This document shows positions 54,362-63,937 of a stretch of 64,000 nucleotides of DNA, piece after piece. The DNA is taken from positions 5,610 through 69,609 of the forward strand of contig JAYTKJ010000868.1 of the NCBI GenBank assembly GCA_043730365.1, given 5' to 3'. The notes under the pieces were generated by a model that was given only the letters and a program-made list of their open reading frames with translations, was not told the DNA's origin and ran no database searches. Source of the stretch: Acidobacteriota bacterium (GTDB taxonomy: Bacteria > Acidobacteriota > Terriglobia > Bryobacterales > Bryobacteraceae). The stretch's first letter is position 1. Each line of letters starts with the position of its first letter. Made by a program: the position numbers and the translations under genes.

Positions 54362-54550
54362 ATGACCTGTCCTATCTGCAAGAAGCCCGTGCCACCCGAA
54401 GGAGAAGACAAGCCGTTCTGTGGTGAGCGCTGCCGCGTGATCGATCTGGGCAATTGGGCATCGGAGAAGTACGTCATCTCTGAGCCGATTCCCTATTCTG
54501 ACGATTTCGAAATTCCCGAGCCGCCTTTGTCACCCGACGATCCGCTCTAG
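54362..54550 (+). CDS. yacG: DNA gyrase inhibitor YacG (zinc finger)
   Basis: 62 aa with CPICKKPV...PFCGERCRVIDLGNWASEKY, the YacG zinc-ribbon signature. Confidence 0.8.
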   Translation: MTCPICKKPVPPEGEDKPFCGERCRVIDLGNWASEKYVISEPIPYSDDFEIPEPPLSPDDPL

Positions 54551-54556
54551 GGTTCC

Positions 54557-55024
54557 ATGCTTGATCGAATGGCGTGGCTGATCGGCACCTGGTTCGGCTG
54601 CGGACTCGCGCCCATCGCCCCCGGCACCGCCGGCTCGGCTGGCGCGTTGCTGTGCGCTGTCGCCGCCGGATACTGGCTCGGTTGGTCTCGCGGTGAACTG
54701 ATCGCCGCGTCCATCGCGATCATTCCTGTCTCGGTTTGGGCGGCTGATCGGCTGGCCCGCGTGATCGGCGCCAAGGACCCGGGCCGCGTCGTAGTCGATG
54801 AAGTAGCCGGCCAATGGCTCACTTTGTGGGGCGCCACCGTCTTCAATTTCAAGAGCCTCGCTCTCGCATTCTTGTTATTCCGCCTCTTCGATATCTGGAA
54901 GCCCTTTCCGGCACGCCAACTTGAAGCGCTCCCCGGTGGCGCCGGGATCGTCGCCGATGATCTGGCGGCCGGTGTCTGGGCCGCGCTTGTGTTGTTCGCA
55001 GCCGGATGGTTCAATCTCTATTAG
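54557..55024 (+). CDS. pgpA: phosphatidylglycerophosphatase A
   Basis: GCGLAPIAPGTAGS, VVDEVAGQW and FRLFDIWKPFP...GG.GI.ADD motifs of PgpA. Confidence 0.85.
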   Translation: MLDRMAWLIGTWFGCGLAPIAPGTAGSAGALLCAVAAGYWLGWSRGELIAASIAIIPVSVWAADRLARVIGAKDPGRVVVDEVAGQWLTLWGATVFNFKSLALAFLLFRLFDIWKPFPARQLEALPGGAGIVADDLAAGVWAALVLFAAGWFNLY

Positions 55025-55039
55025 TAGGATGGTTGTTTA

Positions 55040-56062
55040 GTGCCCACCAAGAAACCTCAAATTACGCAAGTGCAGCCGCCCGCTGCGATTCCCGGCGGGG
55101 AGTTTCAGATCCGCGGCACCGGCCTCGCCGGTGTTGATCGGCCGCGAGTGCTGTTCGGCGAGACGCTCGCCCCCATTCTGGTTGGTTCCGACACGCTGGT
55201 GATTGCGCGTGTGCCGGAAGGGGCTGCCATGGGGCCTATGGTGGTTGAGGCTGACCTGGAGCGCAGCTCGCCTTGGATGTGCGAAATCGGCTTACAGGTT
55301 GCCGACGCGCTCCATCCGGTGGCTAGCCCCGCTGTCGATTCCTTCGGCAACGTCTTCACCACCTTCTCCGGCACGCGCGGCCAGAAAACGCCCGTCTCGG
55401 TTTACCGCATCGATCCGAACATGAACCGGAAGCCGTTTCTGTCCGATCTGATGAACGCCTCGGCTTTGGCCTTTGATCGCGAGGGGCTGCTCTATGTCTC
55501 CTCGCGTTTCGACGGCGTTGTCTATCAGGTGACCACCAAGGGCGAAATGTCGGTCTACGTGGAAGGCATGGGGGTTGCCACCGGTCTCGCCTTTGATGCC
55601 GACGAGAACCTATACGTGGGTGATCGCGCCGGGACGATCTTCAAGATCAGCCGCACCCGCCAGATCTACGTGTTCGCCACCATTGAGCAATCCATCGCCG
55701 CCTATCATTTAGCGTTTGGTCCAGACGGGTATCTCTACGTCACCGGTCCCACTACTTCCAGTTTCGATCATGTGCAGCGCATTTCCCCGGCTGGCGAGGT
55801 CGAGGTTTTCTTCCGCGGCATGGGCCGCCCGCAAGGCCTCGCCTTTGACACCGATGGCCGCCTGTATGTGGCTGGTTCTATCGCCGGGCGGCGCGGCATT
55901 GCGCGTATCGATTCAGCCGGCAGCGCTGAAATGTTCGTCTCTGGTCCCAACATCGTCGGCCTCGCCTTTGGACCGGGCGGCTTTCTCTACATCACCACCA
56001 CCGGCGCGCTCTATCGGCTGAGCTCAGGCGTGCGTGGGGCCGCGATGCCTAACCTGGCATGA
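55040..56062 (+). CDS. IPT/TIG domain plus NHL/SMP-30-like six-bladed beta-propeller protein
   Basis: GTG start. N-terminal ITQVQPPAAIPGGEFQIRGTGL (IPT-like), then repeated G.AFD..G.LYV units. Confidence 0.65.
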   Translation: MPTKKPQITQVQPPAAIPGGEFQIRGTGLAGVDRPRVLFGETLAPILVGSDTLVIARVPEGAAMGPMVVEADLERSSPWMCEIGLQVADALHPVASPAVDSFGNVFTTFSGTRGQKTPVSVYRIDPNMNRKPFLSDLMNASALAFDREGLLYVSSRFDGVVYQVTTKGEMSVYVEGMGVATGLAFDADENLYVGDRAGTIFKISRTRQIYVFATIEQSIAAYHLAFGPDGYLYVTGPTTSSFDHVQRISPAGEVEVFFRGMGRPQGLAFDTDGRLYVAGSIAGRRGIARIDSAGSAEMFVSGPNIVGLAFGPGGFLYITTTGALYRLSSGVRGAAMPNLA

Positions 56063-57297
56063 ACTGCGAAATCATTGCCGTCGGCTCGGAGATGTTGACG
56101 CCGCAGCGCGTCGACACCAATTCCTTGTGGCTTACCGATCAGCTCAATGCCCTGGGCGTCGAGGTGACAGCCAAGGCCATCGTGGGCGATGACCGCGCGC
56201 GCCTCGCCGACGTCTTGCGCGGTTCGCTGAAGCGCGCCGGTATCGTGCTGTTGAGCGGCGGTCTCGGGCCCACCGAAGATGACATCACGCGTGATTCGGT
56301 GGCCGAAGTCCTCGGTCGCGGACAGCATCTCCGCCCCGAATTACTCGAAGCCATTGCCGAACGTTTCCGCCAGTTGCGCCGCAACATGGCCGAGAACAAC
56401 AAACGTCAGGCGTTGCTCATCGAAGGCGCCGAAGCGTTGAACAACCCGCGCGGCACTGCCCCGGGTCAATGGCTGGTGACCGCCGACGGCTGCGTTATCG
56501 CTCTGCTCCCGGGACCTCCGCACGAACTCAAGGGCATGTTCACCGAGCAGATTCTGCCGCGCCTGCGTGCTCTGCTGCCGGTCCTGCACATAGCGACGCG
56601 CCAGTTCCGCGTGGCTGGCATGGGTGAGTCTGACCTTGACCAGTTGATCGCGCCCGTCTACATGCAGTACCCCCAAGTGGCGACCACGGTGCTGGCCAAA
56701 CCGGGCGACATCGAGATTCACTTGCGCGCCCGCATGCCTTCGCTCCCGGAAGCCGAAGCCGTGCTCGATGAACTCGTCCCCAAGATCGAGGCGCTGCTCG
56801 GTGACCGCATCTATTCCCGCGACGGCGCCACGCTGGAGACGTCCGTAGGGCGGCTGCTCAAGGCGCGCGGCGAAACCGTCAGCGTCGCCGAAAGCTGCAC
56901 CGGCGGCCTCCTCGGTCAGCGCTTCACCTCTGCTCCTGGGAGCTCGGCTTACTTCGTCGGCGGCTTTCTCACTTACACCAACCAAATGAAGACCGCGCTC
57001 CTCGGCGTGACCGAAGAGTTACTCGCCACCCACTCGGCGGTCAGCGAAGCCGTGGCCGCCGCCATGGCAAAAGCCGCCCGCGAGCGCACCGGTTCCACGT
57101 ACGCCGTATCTGTGACTGGTTACGCTGGTCCCGAAGGCGGCACCGAAGCGGACCCCGTCGGCACCGTCTATCTGGGCTTGGCCGGTCCCACCGGAGTGAC
57201 GGTACGCCGCTTGCAAATGATTCCCGAGCGCGAACGCGTCCGCCAGATGGGAGCCACCGCGGCGCTAGACCTGCTCAGGAAACGTCTACTCGAATAA
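56059..57297 (+). CDS. cinA: competence/damage-inducible protein CinA (MoCF-binding domain + nicotinamide-nucleotide amidase)
   Basis: MNCEIIAVGSEML...TNS.WL, GGLGPTEDDITR, and C-terminal SVAESCTGGLLG...SGYAGP. ATGA overlap with the preceding gene. Confidence 0.9.
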   Translation: MNCEIIAVGSEMLTPQRVDTNSLWLTDQLNALGVEVTAKAIVGDDRARLADVLRGSLKRAGIVLLSGGLGPTEDDITRDSVAEVLGRGQHLRPELLEAIAERFRQLRRNMAENNKRQALLIEGAEALNNPRGTAPGQWLVTADGCVIALLPGPPHELKGMFTEQILPRLRALLPVLHIATRQFRVAGMGESDLDQLIAPVYMQYPQVATTVLAKPGDIEIHLRARMPSLPEAEAVLDELVPKIEALLGDRIYSRDGATLETSVGRLLKARGETVSVAESCTGGLLGQRFTSAPGSSAYFVGGFLTYTNQMKTALLGVTEELLATHSAVSEAVAAAMAKAARERTGSTYAVSVTGYAGPEGGTEADPVGTVYLGLAGPTGVTVRRLQMIPERERVRQMGATAALDLLRKRLLE

Positions 57298-57485
57298 GAT
57301 CCAACGACAGATGCCGGGCTTTCGGGCCTGGCTTACCTGCTGCCTGCCACCCCACATCCCGGGCGCACCGAAACCCGTCGTTGTAGTTCCTGTGAGCGAG
57401 TCGCGCGCGGCTCGAGCAAAAAGTAACCCGCCCGATCTTCTCTGCGCCTTGGCGTCTTGGCGAGAGATTTTCCAGGCGTAGCCTG

Positions 57486-57959
57486 TTACTGCCGCGCCTC
57501 GTGGCAATACGTGCAATCGGTACTCGCCTTATTCTGCCGATGGCACTCCATGCACGCCCCCATCGAGATATTCGTTTCCTTCCACAACGCCTCGCGCGTC
57601 GCCACCGGCCCGTGGCACCCCTCGCACTTGGCTCCGGTTTCCAGATGCACCTTGTGGCTGAAAAAAACATAGGCAGGGATCTGGTAAATCCGCACCCAGG
57701 GCGGCTCGGTCTTGTCCGCCGCATGCTTGGCGAGCTTCTGGATATGCGGCGAGTCCGTCTTCACCGACGTGTGACAGCCCATGCAAACCTTGACCTGCGG
57801 AATCCCCATCATCTCGCCCGGGTCCGGACTCGTATGGCAGTTCTTGCACTGCAGGCCCATCGCCAGATGTTGCTTGTGGCTATACGGCACCGGCTGCTTC
57901 GGCGGATCAGCCGCGAACAAGAACACGGCGGCCACGAGTAGTGGAACCAGGTTCTTCAA
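57486..57959 (-). CDS. pentaheme cytochrome c (cytochrome c3 / ActA-like), membrane-anchored or exported
   Basis: N-terminal hydrophobic segment and five CXXCH motifs (CKNCH, CMGCH, CEGCH, CMECH, CTYCH) in 157 aa. The TTG start overlaps the TGA of the GMC gene. Confidence 0.85.
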   Translation of the reverse strand: MKNLVPLLVAAVFLFAADPPKQPVPYSHKQHLAMGLQCKNCHTSPDPGEMMGIPQVKVCMGCHTSVKTDSPHIQKLAKHAADKTEPPWVRIYQIPAYVFFSHKVHLETGAKCEGCHGPVATREALWKETNISMGACMECHRQNKASTDCTYCHEARQ

Positions 57960-59551
57960 AGCGCGCCCTTCTTCATCTGATCGGCTAGATACTCGGACGC
58001 CCGCATCGAAAGCGCCATCAGCGTTAACGTCGGATTCTGCGCGCCGCCACTGACGAACGCGCTGCCGTCTACCACAAACAAGTTCCTCACATCGTGACTC
58101 TGGTTATAGCCGTTGAGCACGCTCTTCTTCGGATCCGTCCCCATCCGGCATGTGCCGAGCTCATGAATGCTCTCACCCGGCGGGACCATCTGCGAGTGCT
58201 TGGCGATCACCTCAAAGCCCGCACCCTTGCACATGGTCTCGCCCATCTCCATCGCATCCTTGGCCATCGCGTGCTCGTTGTCGCCGTACTTCTGCGAAAT
58301 ATGGAGAGCGGGAATTCCCCAGGCGTCTTTCACGTTCTTATCGATGGCCACGTGGTTCTCATGGCGTGGCAGCACTTCACCCATCGTGGTCATGCCGAAG
58401 CCGGTGTTGCGCAACTCCTCGAGTTCCTTGAAAAGCGCGTCGCCGTAAAGGGGCAAATAGCGCGGCGAGGGTGTGCCGCCGCTGCCGAAGTCATACGTGT
58501 AGCCTCGAATGAAGTTGCCCTGGCGCTGGTCCACATTGCGAAAGCGCACGATGTAGCCGCCTCCGCCCATCAGGTTGCGCTCACCGCGACCGCCGCGCGC
58601 CTCCGGCACCACCGCCTGTACCGTGTTCTTCACGTAGAACTGATCCAACAGATACCGGCCCAGCACGCCGCTGGAGTTGTTGCCGAGTCCATTCGGATGC
58701 TGCCGCGAAGTCGAATTGAGGAGAATGCGCGTGCTCTCGAGCGTCGAAGCGGAAAGAATTACGGTCCTCGCCTTGACATGGAAATCCCGGCGGCTCCGCC
58801 GGTCCAGGAAGTTGACGCCGTTGGCGCGGCCCGTATCCGGGTCCACCGTAATCTCCCGCACCACCGCGTTGGTCACCAGTTGCAGATTGCCCGATTCGAT
58901 GGCCGCCGGTAGCAGCAGATTCGCCGAAGACGCCAGCGTCCCCGTCGCGCGGCGCGGCTTCGTGGTCGGCACGCCAAGCTTCTTGCACGACGCGATGAAG
59001 CGCTGCACCGAAACACTATCGGCCGAGTCGTCGAGCAACAGCTTGCCATCGGGCAACTGCTTCAATCCTTCGTTACGGCCCGCCACGCGGAACATCGGCT
59101 CCACGCGATCATAGAACGGCGCCAGGTCCGCCAGCCGCATCGGCCAGTTCTCGCCGAAGCCGTCATGATCTTTGCAAGCGAATTCCAGATCGCTCAGCCG
59201 CCACGAGGCCCGGCCCCAACGCATGGTCTTGCCGCCCACCAGGCGCATGCGCACCCAGTAGTACGGTTCTTTCTCGGCATAGGTGTACGGGTTCTGCTTC
59301 TCATCGGCCCACATGTTGGCGTCGAACTCGCTGGCCTGCGTGACGTGCGGAAAGCGCCCGGGCTTGCCGAAACCACGGTACGGCAGATCGTAGACGTTGA
59401 CCAGCGTGCGGTCTTTGTCGAAGTCCGTCATCGGTCCCGCTTCGAGCATCAGACACTTCACGCCGAGTTTGGTGAGTGTGTGCGCGGCCATGCCGCCACC
59501 GGCGCCCGAGCCGATGATGACGACGTCGTGAACGGTTTGCGTGGTGGCCAT
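57956..59551 (-). CDS. GMC-family FAD-dependent oxidoreductase (flavoprotein dehydrogenase subunit)
   Basis: The ATG at 59551 gives [26 protein letters not shown] (FAD GxGxxG). C-terminal HELGTCRMG and [10 protein letters not shown] are GMC signatures. Confidence 0.9.
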   Translation of the reverse strand: MATTQTVHDVVIIGSGAGGGMAAHTLTKLGVKCLMLEAGPMTDFDKDRTLVNVYDLPYRGFGKPGRFPHVTQASEFDANMWADEKQNPYTYAEKEPYYWVRMRLVGGKTMRWGRASWRLSDLEFACKDHDGFGENWPMRLADLAPFYDRVEPMFRVAGRNEGLKQLPDGKLLLDDSADSVSVQRFIASCKKLGVPTTKPRRATGTLASSANLLLPAAIESGNLQLVTNAVVREITVDPDTGRANGVNFLDRRSRRDFHVKARTVILSASTLESTRILLNSTSRQHPNGLGNNSSGVLGRYLLDQFYVKNTVQAVVPEARGGRGERNLMGGGGYIVRFRNVDQRQGNFIRGYTYDFGSGGTPSPRYLPLYGDALFKELEELRNTGFGMTTMGEVLPRHENHVAIDKNVKDAWGIPALHISQKYGDNEHAMAKDAMEMGETMCKGAGFEVIAKHSQMVPPGESIHELGTCRMGTDPKKSVLNGYNQSHDVRNLFVVDGSAFVSGGAQNPTLTLMALSMRASEYLADQMKKGAL

Positions 59552-59552
59552 C

Positions 59553-60080
59553 TTAGTCGAGGCTCCTCCAGTAGTAGCCGGTGGGCGCGCTGCCTCTTCG
59601 CCCGCGACCGAGCGAATCGGCCCATTCGTGCGAGTTGGTGGTGGCCTGGATGATGTCGATCTTGGCGCGTTGCAGGAACTGCGCAAAGCGATCGGCGGGC
59701 CCCGCGTAAGACCAAGCCTCTTTGAGCGGAGCCAAAGTCTGCTCGTTCACGCCGTCGCGTGACAGACGGTCCAATCCCTGCCGATACAAATCCTGCACGT
59801 CCCTAGATGACTGCCCAATCAGGAAGTCCAGGAACTCAGGGACGCCGGCTTGCGACGCGGCCGGGCGGCCGGCTACGGACGGCACAATCGTGTCGCCAAG
59901 CTTAGCCAATGCGTCGAGTTGCGCGGAGGAAAAAAGTGTCGGCCAGCCGGCGGCGCCGGACTCCACCGACGCCACCCGCAGTTTGGGGAACTCCTCGGGG
60001 GCCGCCGGCGTGGTCACCGATTGCGCGGCGGCGGCGGCCGGCATCGCCATCAGGGATTGGAGAATTCTGCGCCGTTTCAT
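59553..60080 (-). CDS. gluconate 2-dehydrogenase subunit 3-family small subunit with Tat signal
   Basis: [19 protein letters not shown] twin-arginine signal. 175 aa, ending 1 nt before the GMC start, which is the typical arrangement for this family. Confidence 0.75.
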   Translation of the reverse strand: MKRRRILQSLMAMPAAAAAQSVTTPAAPEEFPKLRVASVESGAAGWPTLFSSAQLDALAKLGDTIVPSVAGRPAASQAGVPEFLDFLIGQSSRDVQDLYRQGLDRLSRDGVNEQTLAPLKEAWSYAGPADRFAQFLQRAKIDIIQATTNSHEWADSLGRGRRGSAPTGYYWRSLD

Positions 60081-60231
60081 CTTCGCTTATTAGGATATCG
60101 CGCTTCGACGAATTGTCACTTTGGCCAGACAATCTGTCTGCCGCCTTGTCCGCTCAAAGTACTATCCGGCTCAAAATCGCTTTTGGATTCAACGGTGCGT
60201 GGGATGGTCCACGGTTTGCTTTAGAACAGGC

Positions 60232-61887
60232 ATGAACCGTCAAGTATTTGTGATTGCCCTGTTAACCTGCACGGCTGCGTTCTCCCAGCACGGGCGTCCC
60301 GACTCTATCAACAACGAGAGATCCGCTCCGAGCCTGACTGAACAGGACTCCGATGTCGACGTCATTGTCAAGTTCAAGGGCGAGGGAAACTTGGGTGGCC
60401 ATCGCGGCGCCGGCTTCTCCCGCCGCCACGGATTGAACGTCCGCTTCAATCACGAATTGATCGGCAGCCACGCCTACACGTTGAAGAAGTCCGAGCTTGA
60501 GCGCTTTGCTGGCGACCCCGACATCGAGTTCATCGCGCTGGACCAGGAAGTGCGTCCCACCCTGGACCGCAGCCGTGCCGCTGTAATGGCCAAGGCCGCG
60601 GTCAGCCGCACCGGCGTTGATGGATGGCAAGTCACGGTGGCCGTAATCGATAGCGGGATTGATGCTACTTCGGAAGCCTTCACTGACGGAACCTCCTCAC
60701 GAGTGATATTCCAAAAGTCATTCATACCGAATGTAACCTCGACCGCTGATGAATATGGGCACGGCACCCACGTGGCGTCGATTGTGGGTGGCGACGGCAT
60801 GGGCACGAATACTGCAACGGCGTCTTACAAAGGATTGGCCCCTTACGCGAACCTGATCAACTTGCGGGTGCTTGACAAGAACGGTATGGGCAAGGATAGC
60901 TATGTGATCGCCGCGCTCAGCTGGGCGGTCGCGAATAAGACGACCTACGACATCAGGATCATTAATCTGTCCCTTGGGCGCCCGGTGACAAGCAGTTACA
61001 AGACCGATCCGCTCTGCCTCGCGGTGGAGGCGGCGTGGAAAGCTGGTATCGTCGTCGTGGTGGCGGCCGGCAACGAAGGCCGGAACAACTCAGCGGCCAA
61101 TCAGGGCTACGGAACGATCTCCTCTCCCGGCAATGATCCTTATGTGATCACTGTGGGCGCGGCCAAAGCCGGCTCTACCGACTCCCGGGCTGACGACATG
61201 CCCACCAGCTACAGCTCGAAAGGGCCGTCCATGATAGACCATGTGGTCAAGCCGGACTTGCTGGCGCCGGGCAACAAAGTCGTGGCGCTCGGCACTGGGT
61301 CGCTGTTCTCAGGCAATCCGGGCAACGTGGTCGACGCCACCAATAAGTAAATTCGTCTGAGCGGCACCAGCATGGCGGCACCCGTAGTGAGCGGCGCAAT
61401 AGCGCTGCTGCTCGACGCCGAAACGACGCTGACCCCGGATCAGGTGAAGGCGCGGCTCATGAAGAATGCCTGGCGCGGCTTCGCTCCGATGGCCACTGTG
61501 ACGGACGCCGGCAAGACCTACACGGTCCGCAACGACATCTTCTCGGTAGGCGCGGGCTATTTGGACATCGACGCCGCCTTGGCCAACTCAGCCTACAGAC
61601 CCGCCAAGAGCGCTCTCTCGCCGGTGGCGGTCTGGAACACCACCACCAAGAAGGCCAGCATCGTGGGCGCCAGCAACGTCATCTGGGGTGACTCGACCAC
61701 TCCGCTGAACGTCATTTGGGGCACTAATATTGTGGCGGGCACCAACGTGATCTGGGGCGACAACGTGATCTGGGGCGACTACACGAACTCCGGTTGCAAT
61801 GTGATCTGGGGAGACTCGACGATCTTCACCGCCACCAGCAATGTGAACGGCGAAGCCGCGGGCCTGCTTCTAAACGGGGAGAACTAG
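60232..61887 (+). pseudogene. S8-family (subtilisin-like) serine peptidase interrupted by an in-frame TAA at 61348-61350
   Basis: Signal peptide, Asp VAVIDSGID, His HGTHVAS, Asn NLSLG, then ...DATNK-TAA-IRLSGTSMAAPVVSG in the same frame. The stop lies 7 codons before the catalytic Ser. The C-terminus has NVIWG repeats. Confidence 0.75.
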
Positions 61888-61910
61888 CCAACCACCACGA
61901 CCCACGGAGA

Positions 61911-62582
61911 ATGGCTATGAAGAGTAACATCTTCAAAATCTATATCGCCGCCGTCGCGTTGGCCGGCGTGGCCTCAGTACTGGCGGCGCTGTACGACGGG
62001 CGGATCGGGGACCCGGCTGGGCTGCTCGGCTATCTGGTCCTGACCCTGGTGGCCTCGGCCATCAAGGCCCGGATTCCAGGCATCGAAGGCACGGTGTCGC
62101 TGGGATTCGTCGGTGTCCTGGTAGGCGTGGCGACGATGAGCCTGTGTGAGACTGTCCTAGTCGTCACCGCAGCCGCCGTCGCGCAAACTCTCTGGCGGTC
62201 CGGGCCCCGTCCCAAAGCCGTCCAGGTCATCTTCAATATCGGGGCGCTGGCCGCCAGTACGTGGCTCTCCTACACAGTGGCCTACGCGCTGGCATCGGAT
62301 TCACCCGGTCTCCGCATCGCCGTCGCCGTCACGCCTCTCTACCTCTGCAATGTGGGATTGGTGGCGGGCTTGCTCAGTGTGATTTCCACCGGAAGCCTCA
62401 ATGCCATCTGGCAGAAGTTTCAATTTACGGTGTTCCCGTGCTATCTGGTGGGCGCTCTTTTGTCGCTGGCTATCCTCCAAGCCCGGGTCCTGGCTCCTGG
62501 CTGGGCGATCCAGTTGCCGATGCTAGGCCTGTCCTATCTGACCTTCAACACCTACCGGAGTTGGATGCGCCGGCTGGCCTAG
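61911..62582 (+). CDS. hypothetical polytopic membrane protein (about 6 TM)
   Basis: 223-aa hydrophobic ORF from the ATG at 61911. It may resemble N-terminal membrane sensor modules of signalling proteins, but no output domain is present. Confidence 0.55.
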   Translation: MAMKSNIFKIYIAAVALAGVASVLAALYDGRIGDPAGLLGYLVLTLVASAIKARIPGIEGTVSLGFVGVLVGVATMSLCETVLVVTAAAVAQTLWRSGPRPKAVQVIFNIGALAASTWLSYTVAYALASDSPGLRIAVAVTPLYLCNVGLVAGLLSVISTGSLNAIWQKFQFTVFPCYLVGALLSLAILQARVLAPGWAIQLPMLGLSYLTFNTYRSWMRRLA

Positions 62583-63937
62583 GCGCGCCGGCCAGGCATC
62601 ATCTGGCGGGCCATGAGGAACGCCATCTCCAGCGCCTGTTCATAGTTCAACCTTGGGTCCACTTCGCTTTTGTAGTTGGCTCCCAAATCGGCTTCCGTGA
62701 TGCCGCTCGATCCGCCCACACACTCGGTGACGTTCTCGCCGGTTAGCTCGAAATGCACTCCGCCCAGCGTGCTGCCGTGCTCGGCGTGAATCGCGAAGGC
62801 CTGCTCCAGTTCGCTCAGAATATCGTCAAAGCGGCGGGTCTTGATGCCACTCGACGTGGTCTGCGTGTTGCCATGCATGGGGTCGCAAATCCAAAGCACT
62901 TGCTTGCCTGACTCGCGCAACGCGTTCAGCAGGCGAGGAAGATGCTCGGCGATCTTGCCGCGGCCCAGGCGGTGGATCAGCGTCATCCGGCCCGGCGCGT
63001 TGTCAGGATGCAGGGTGTCGAGCAGCCGCCGCAGTTGATCGTTGCTCACCGATGCCCCAACCTTGACACCGATCGGATTCTCGATCCCGCGACAGTACTC
63101 CACGTGCGCGCCATCGGGGTCCGCCGTGCGCATCCCAATCCACGGAAAGTGCGTCGCCAGATTGAACCAGCCTTCGCGATGCGGCACGCGATGCGTTTGC
63201 GCCTGTTCATAGTGCAGATGCAGCGCCTCGTGGCTGGTGAAGAAGTCCACCCACTGCAGCTCGGAGGTATGCGCGCCCAGCACGTTCTCCATGAAGCGGA
63301 GAGACTCGTTGATGCTCGCCGCCAGCCGGTGGTATTCGTCGGCCATCGGCGAATGCTTGACGAATTGCAGGTCCCAGTATTCGGGATGGTGTAGATCGGC
63401 AAACCCTCCGCGCACCAGCGAGCGGACGAAGTTGAGGGTGAGCGCCGCCCGTTCATAGCCGCGCAATAGCAAGTCCGGATCGGGCACTCGATCGCTGGAG
63501 GTGAAGGCCGGGCGATTCACAATGTCGCCGCGATAGCTGGGCAGCGTCATGCCGTCTCGCGTCTCGTTGTCATCCGACCGCGGCTTGGCATACTGACCGG
63601 CGAAGCGTCCCAGCCGGATGACCGGCTTCTGCGCACCCTGCACCAGCACCAGGCTCATCTGCAGCAGAATTTTCAGCTTGCTGGTAATCGACGCCGCGCG
63701 GCAATCGTCGAAGCGCTCGGCGCAATCGCCGCCTTGCAGCACGAAGCGCTTGCCGGCGGCGGCCTCGGCGAGTTGCTGCCGTAGCGCCAGCACTTCCCAG
63801 GATGTAACTAGCGGAGGCAGCTGTGAGAGTTGCTCCACGGCCTCGGCCAGCCGCGCCGCTGAAGGATAGTTCGGTTGTTGCAGCGCTGGCTGGGATTGCC
63901 AGGATTCAGGAAACCAGGTTGAATGGGGTAGGACCAC
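62579..63937 (-). CDS. class II 3-deoxy-7-phosphoheptulonate (DAHP) synthase
   Basis: 452 aa. WSPxSW-like N-terminus (ESWQSQPALQQPNYP), VLQGGDCAE, RFAGQYAKPRS, the KPRS region and ICDPMHGNT are typical of plant-type class II DAHP synthases. Confidence 0.9.
   Translation of the reverse strand: MVLPHSTWFPESWQSQPALQQPNYPSAARLAEAVEQLSQLPPLVTSWEVLALRQQLAEAAAGKRFVLQGGDCAERFDDCRAASITSKLKILLQMSLVLVQGAQKPVIRLGRFAGQYAKPRSDDNETRDGMTLPSYRGDIVNRPAFTSSDRVPDPDLLLRGYERAALTLNFVRSLVRGGFADLHHPEYWDLQFVKHSPMADEYHRLAASINESLRFMENVLGAHTSELQWVDFFTSHEALHLHYEQAQTHRVPHREGWFNLATHFPWIGMRTADPDGAHVEYCRGIENPIGVKVGASVSNDQLRRLLDTLHPDNAPGRMTLIHRLGRGKIAEHLPRLLNALRESGKQVLWICDPMHGNTQTTSSGIKTRRFDDILSELEQAFAIHAEHGSTLGGVHFELTGENVTECVGGSSGITEADLGANYKSEVDPRLNYEQALEMAFLMARQMMPGRRA

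Noticed and set aside
52738-54477. 579-aa minus-strand ORF, one of the longest in the track
   Set aside because: It lies entirely antisense to rimO, yacG and the GNAT gene, which have clear family motifs. Its Arg/Ala/Gly/His-rich composition with no motifs is typical of spurious antisense ORFs in high-GC DNA.
57314-57333. GC-rich hairpin (GCCGGGC-loop-GGCCTGGC) after cinA as an intrinsic terminator; also a CGAGTCG/CGGCTCG hairpin near 57395-57412
   Set aside because: The stems are short or imperfect, and neither is followed by a U-tract in the appropriate orientation. This is not enough to call a terminator.
60112-60133. Inverted repeat ATTGTC-N10-GACAAT between the GMC operon and the S8 protease gene
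   Set aside because: A 6-bp arm is too short to be significant on its own, and no regulator gene is adjacent. It is kept only as a note.
29596-61350. Stop-codon reassignment (TAG or TAA read as sense) as an explanation for the in-frame stops in the brnA-like gene and the S8 protease
   Set aside because: TAG and TAA terminate many well-supported genes in this same window at the expected protein ends, for example the cytochrome at 2661, the dehydratase at 36997, the DUF1501 gene at 19428 and the TonB receptor at 11456. A global reassignment is therefore not tenable.
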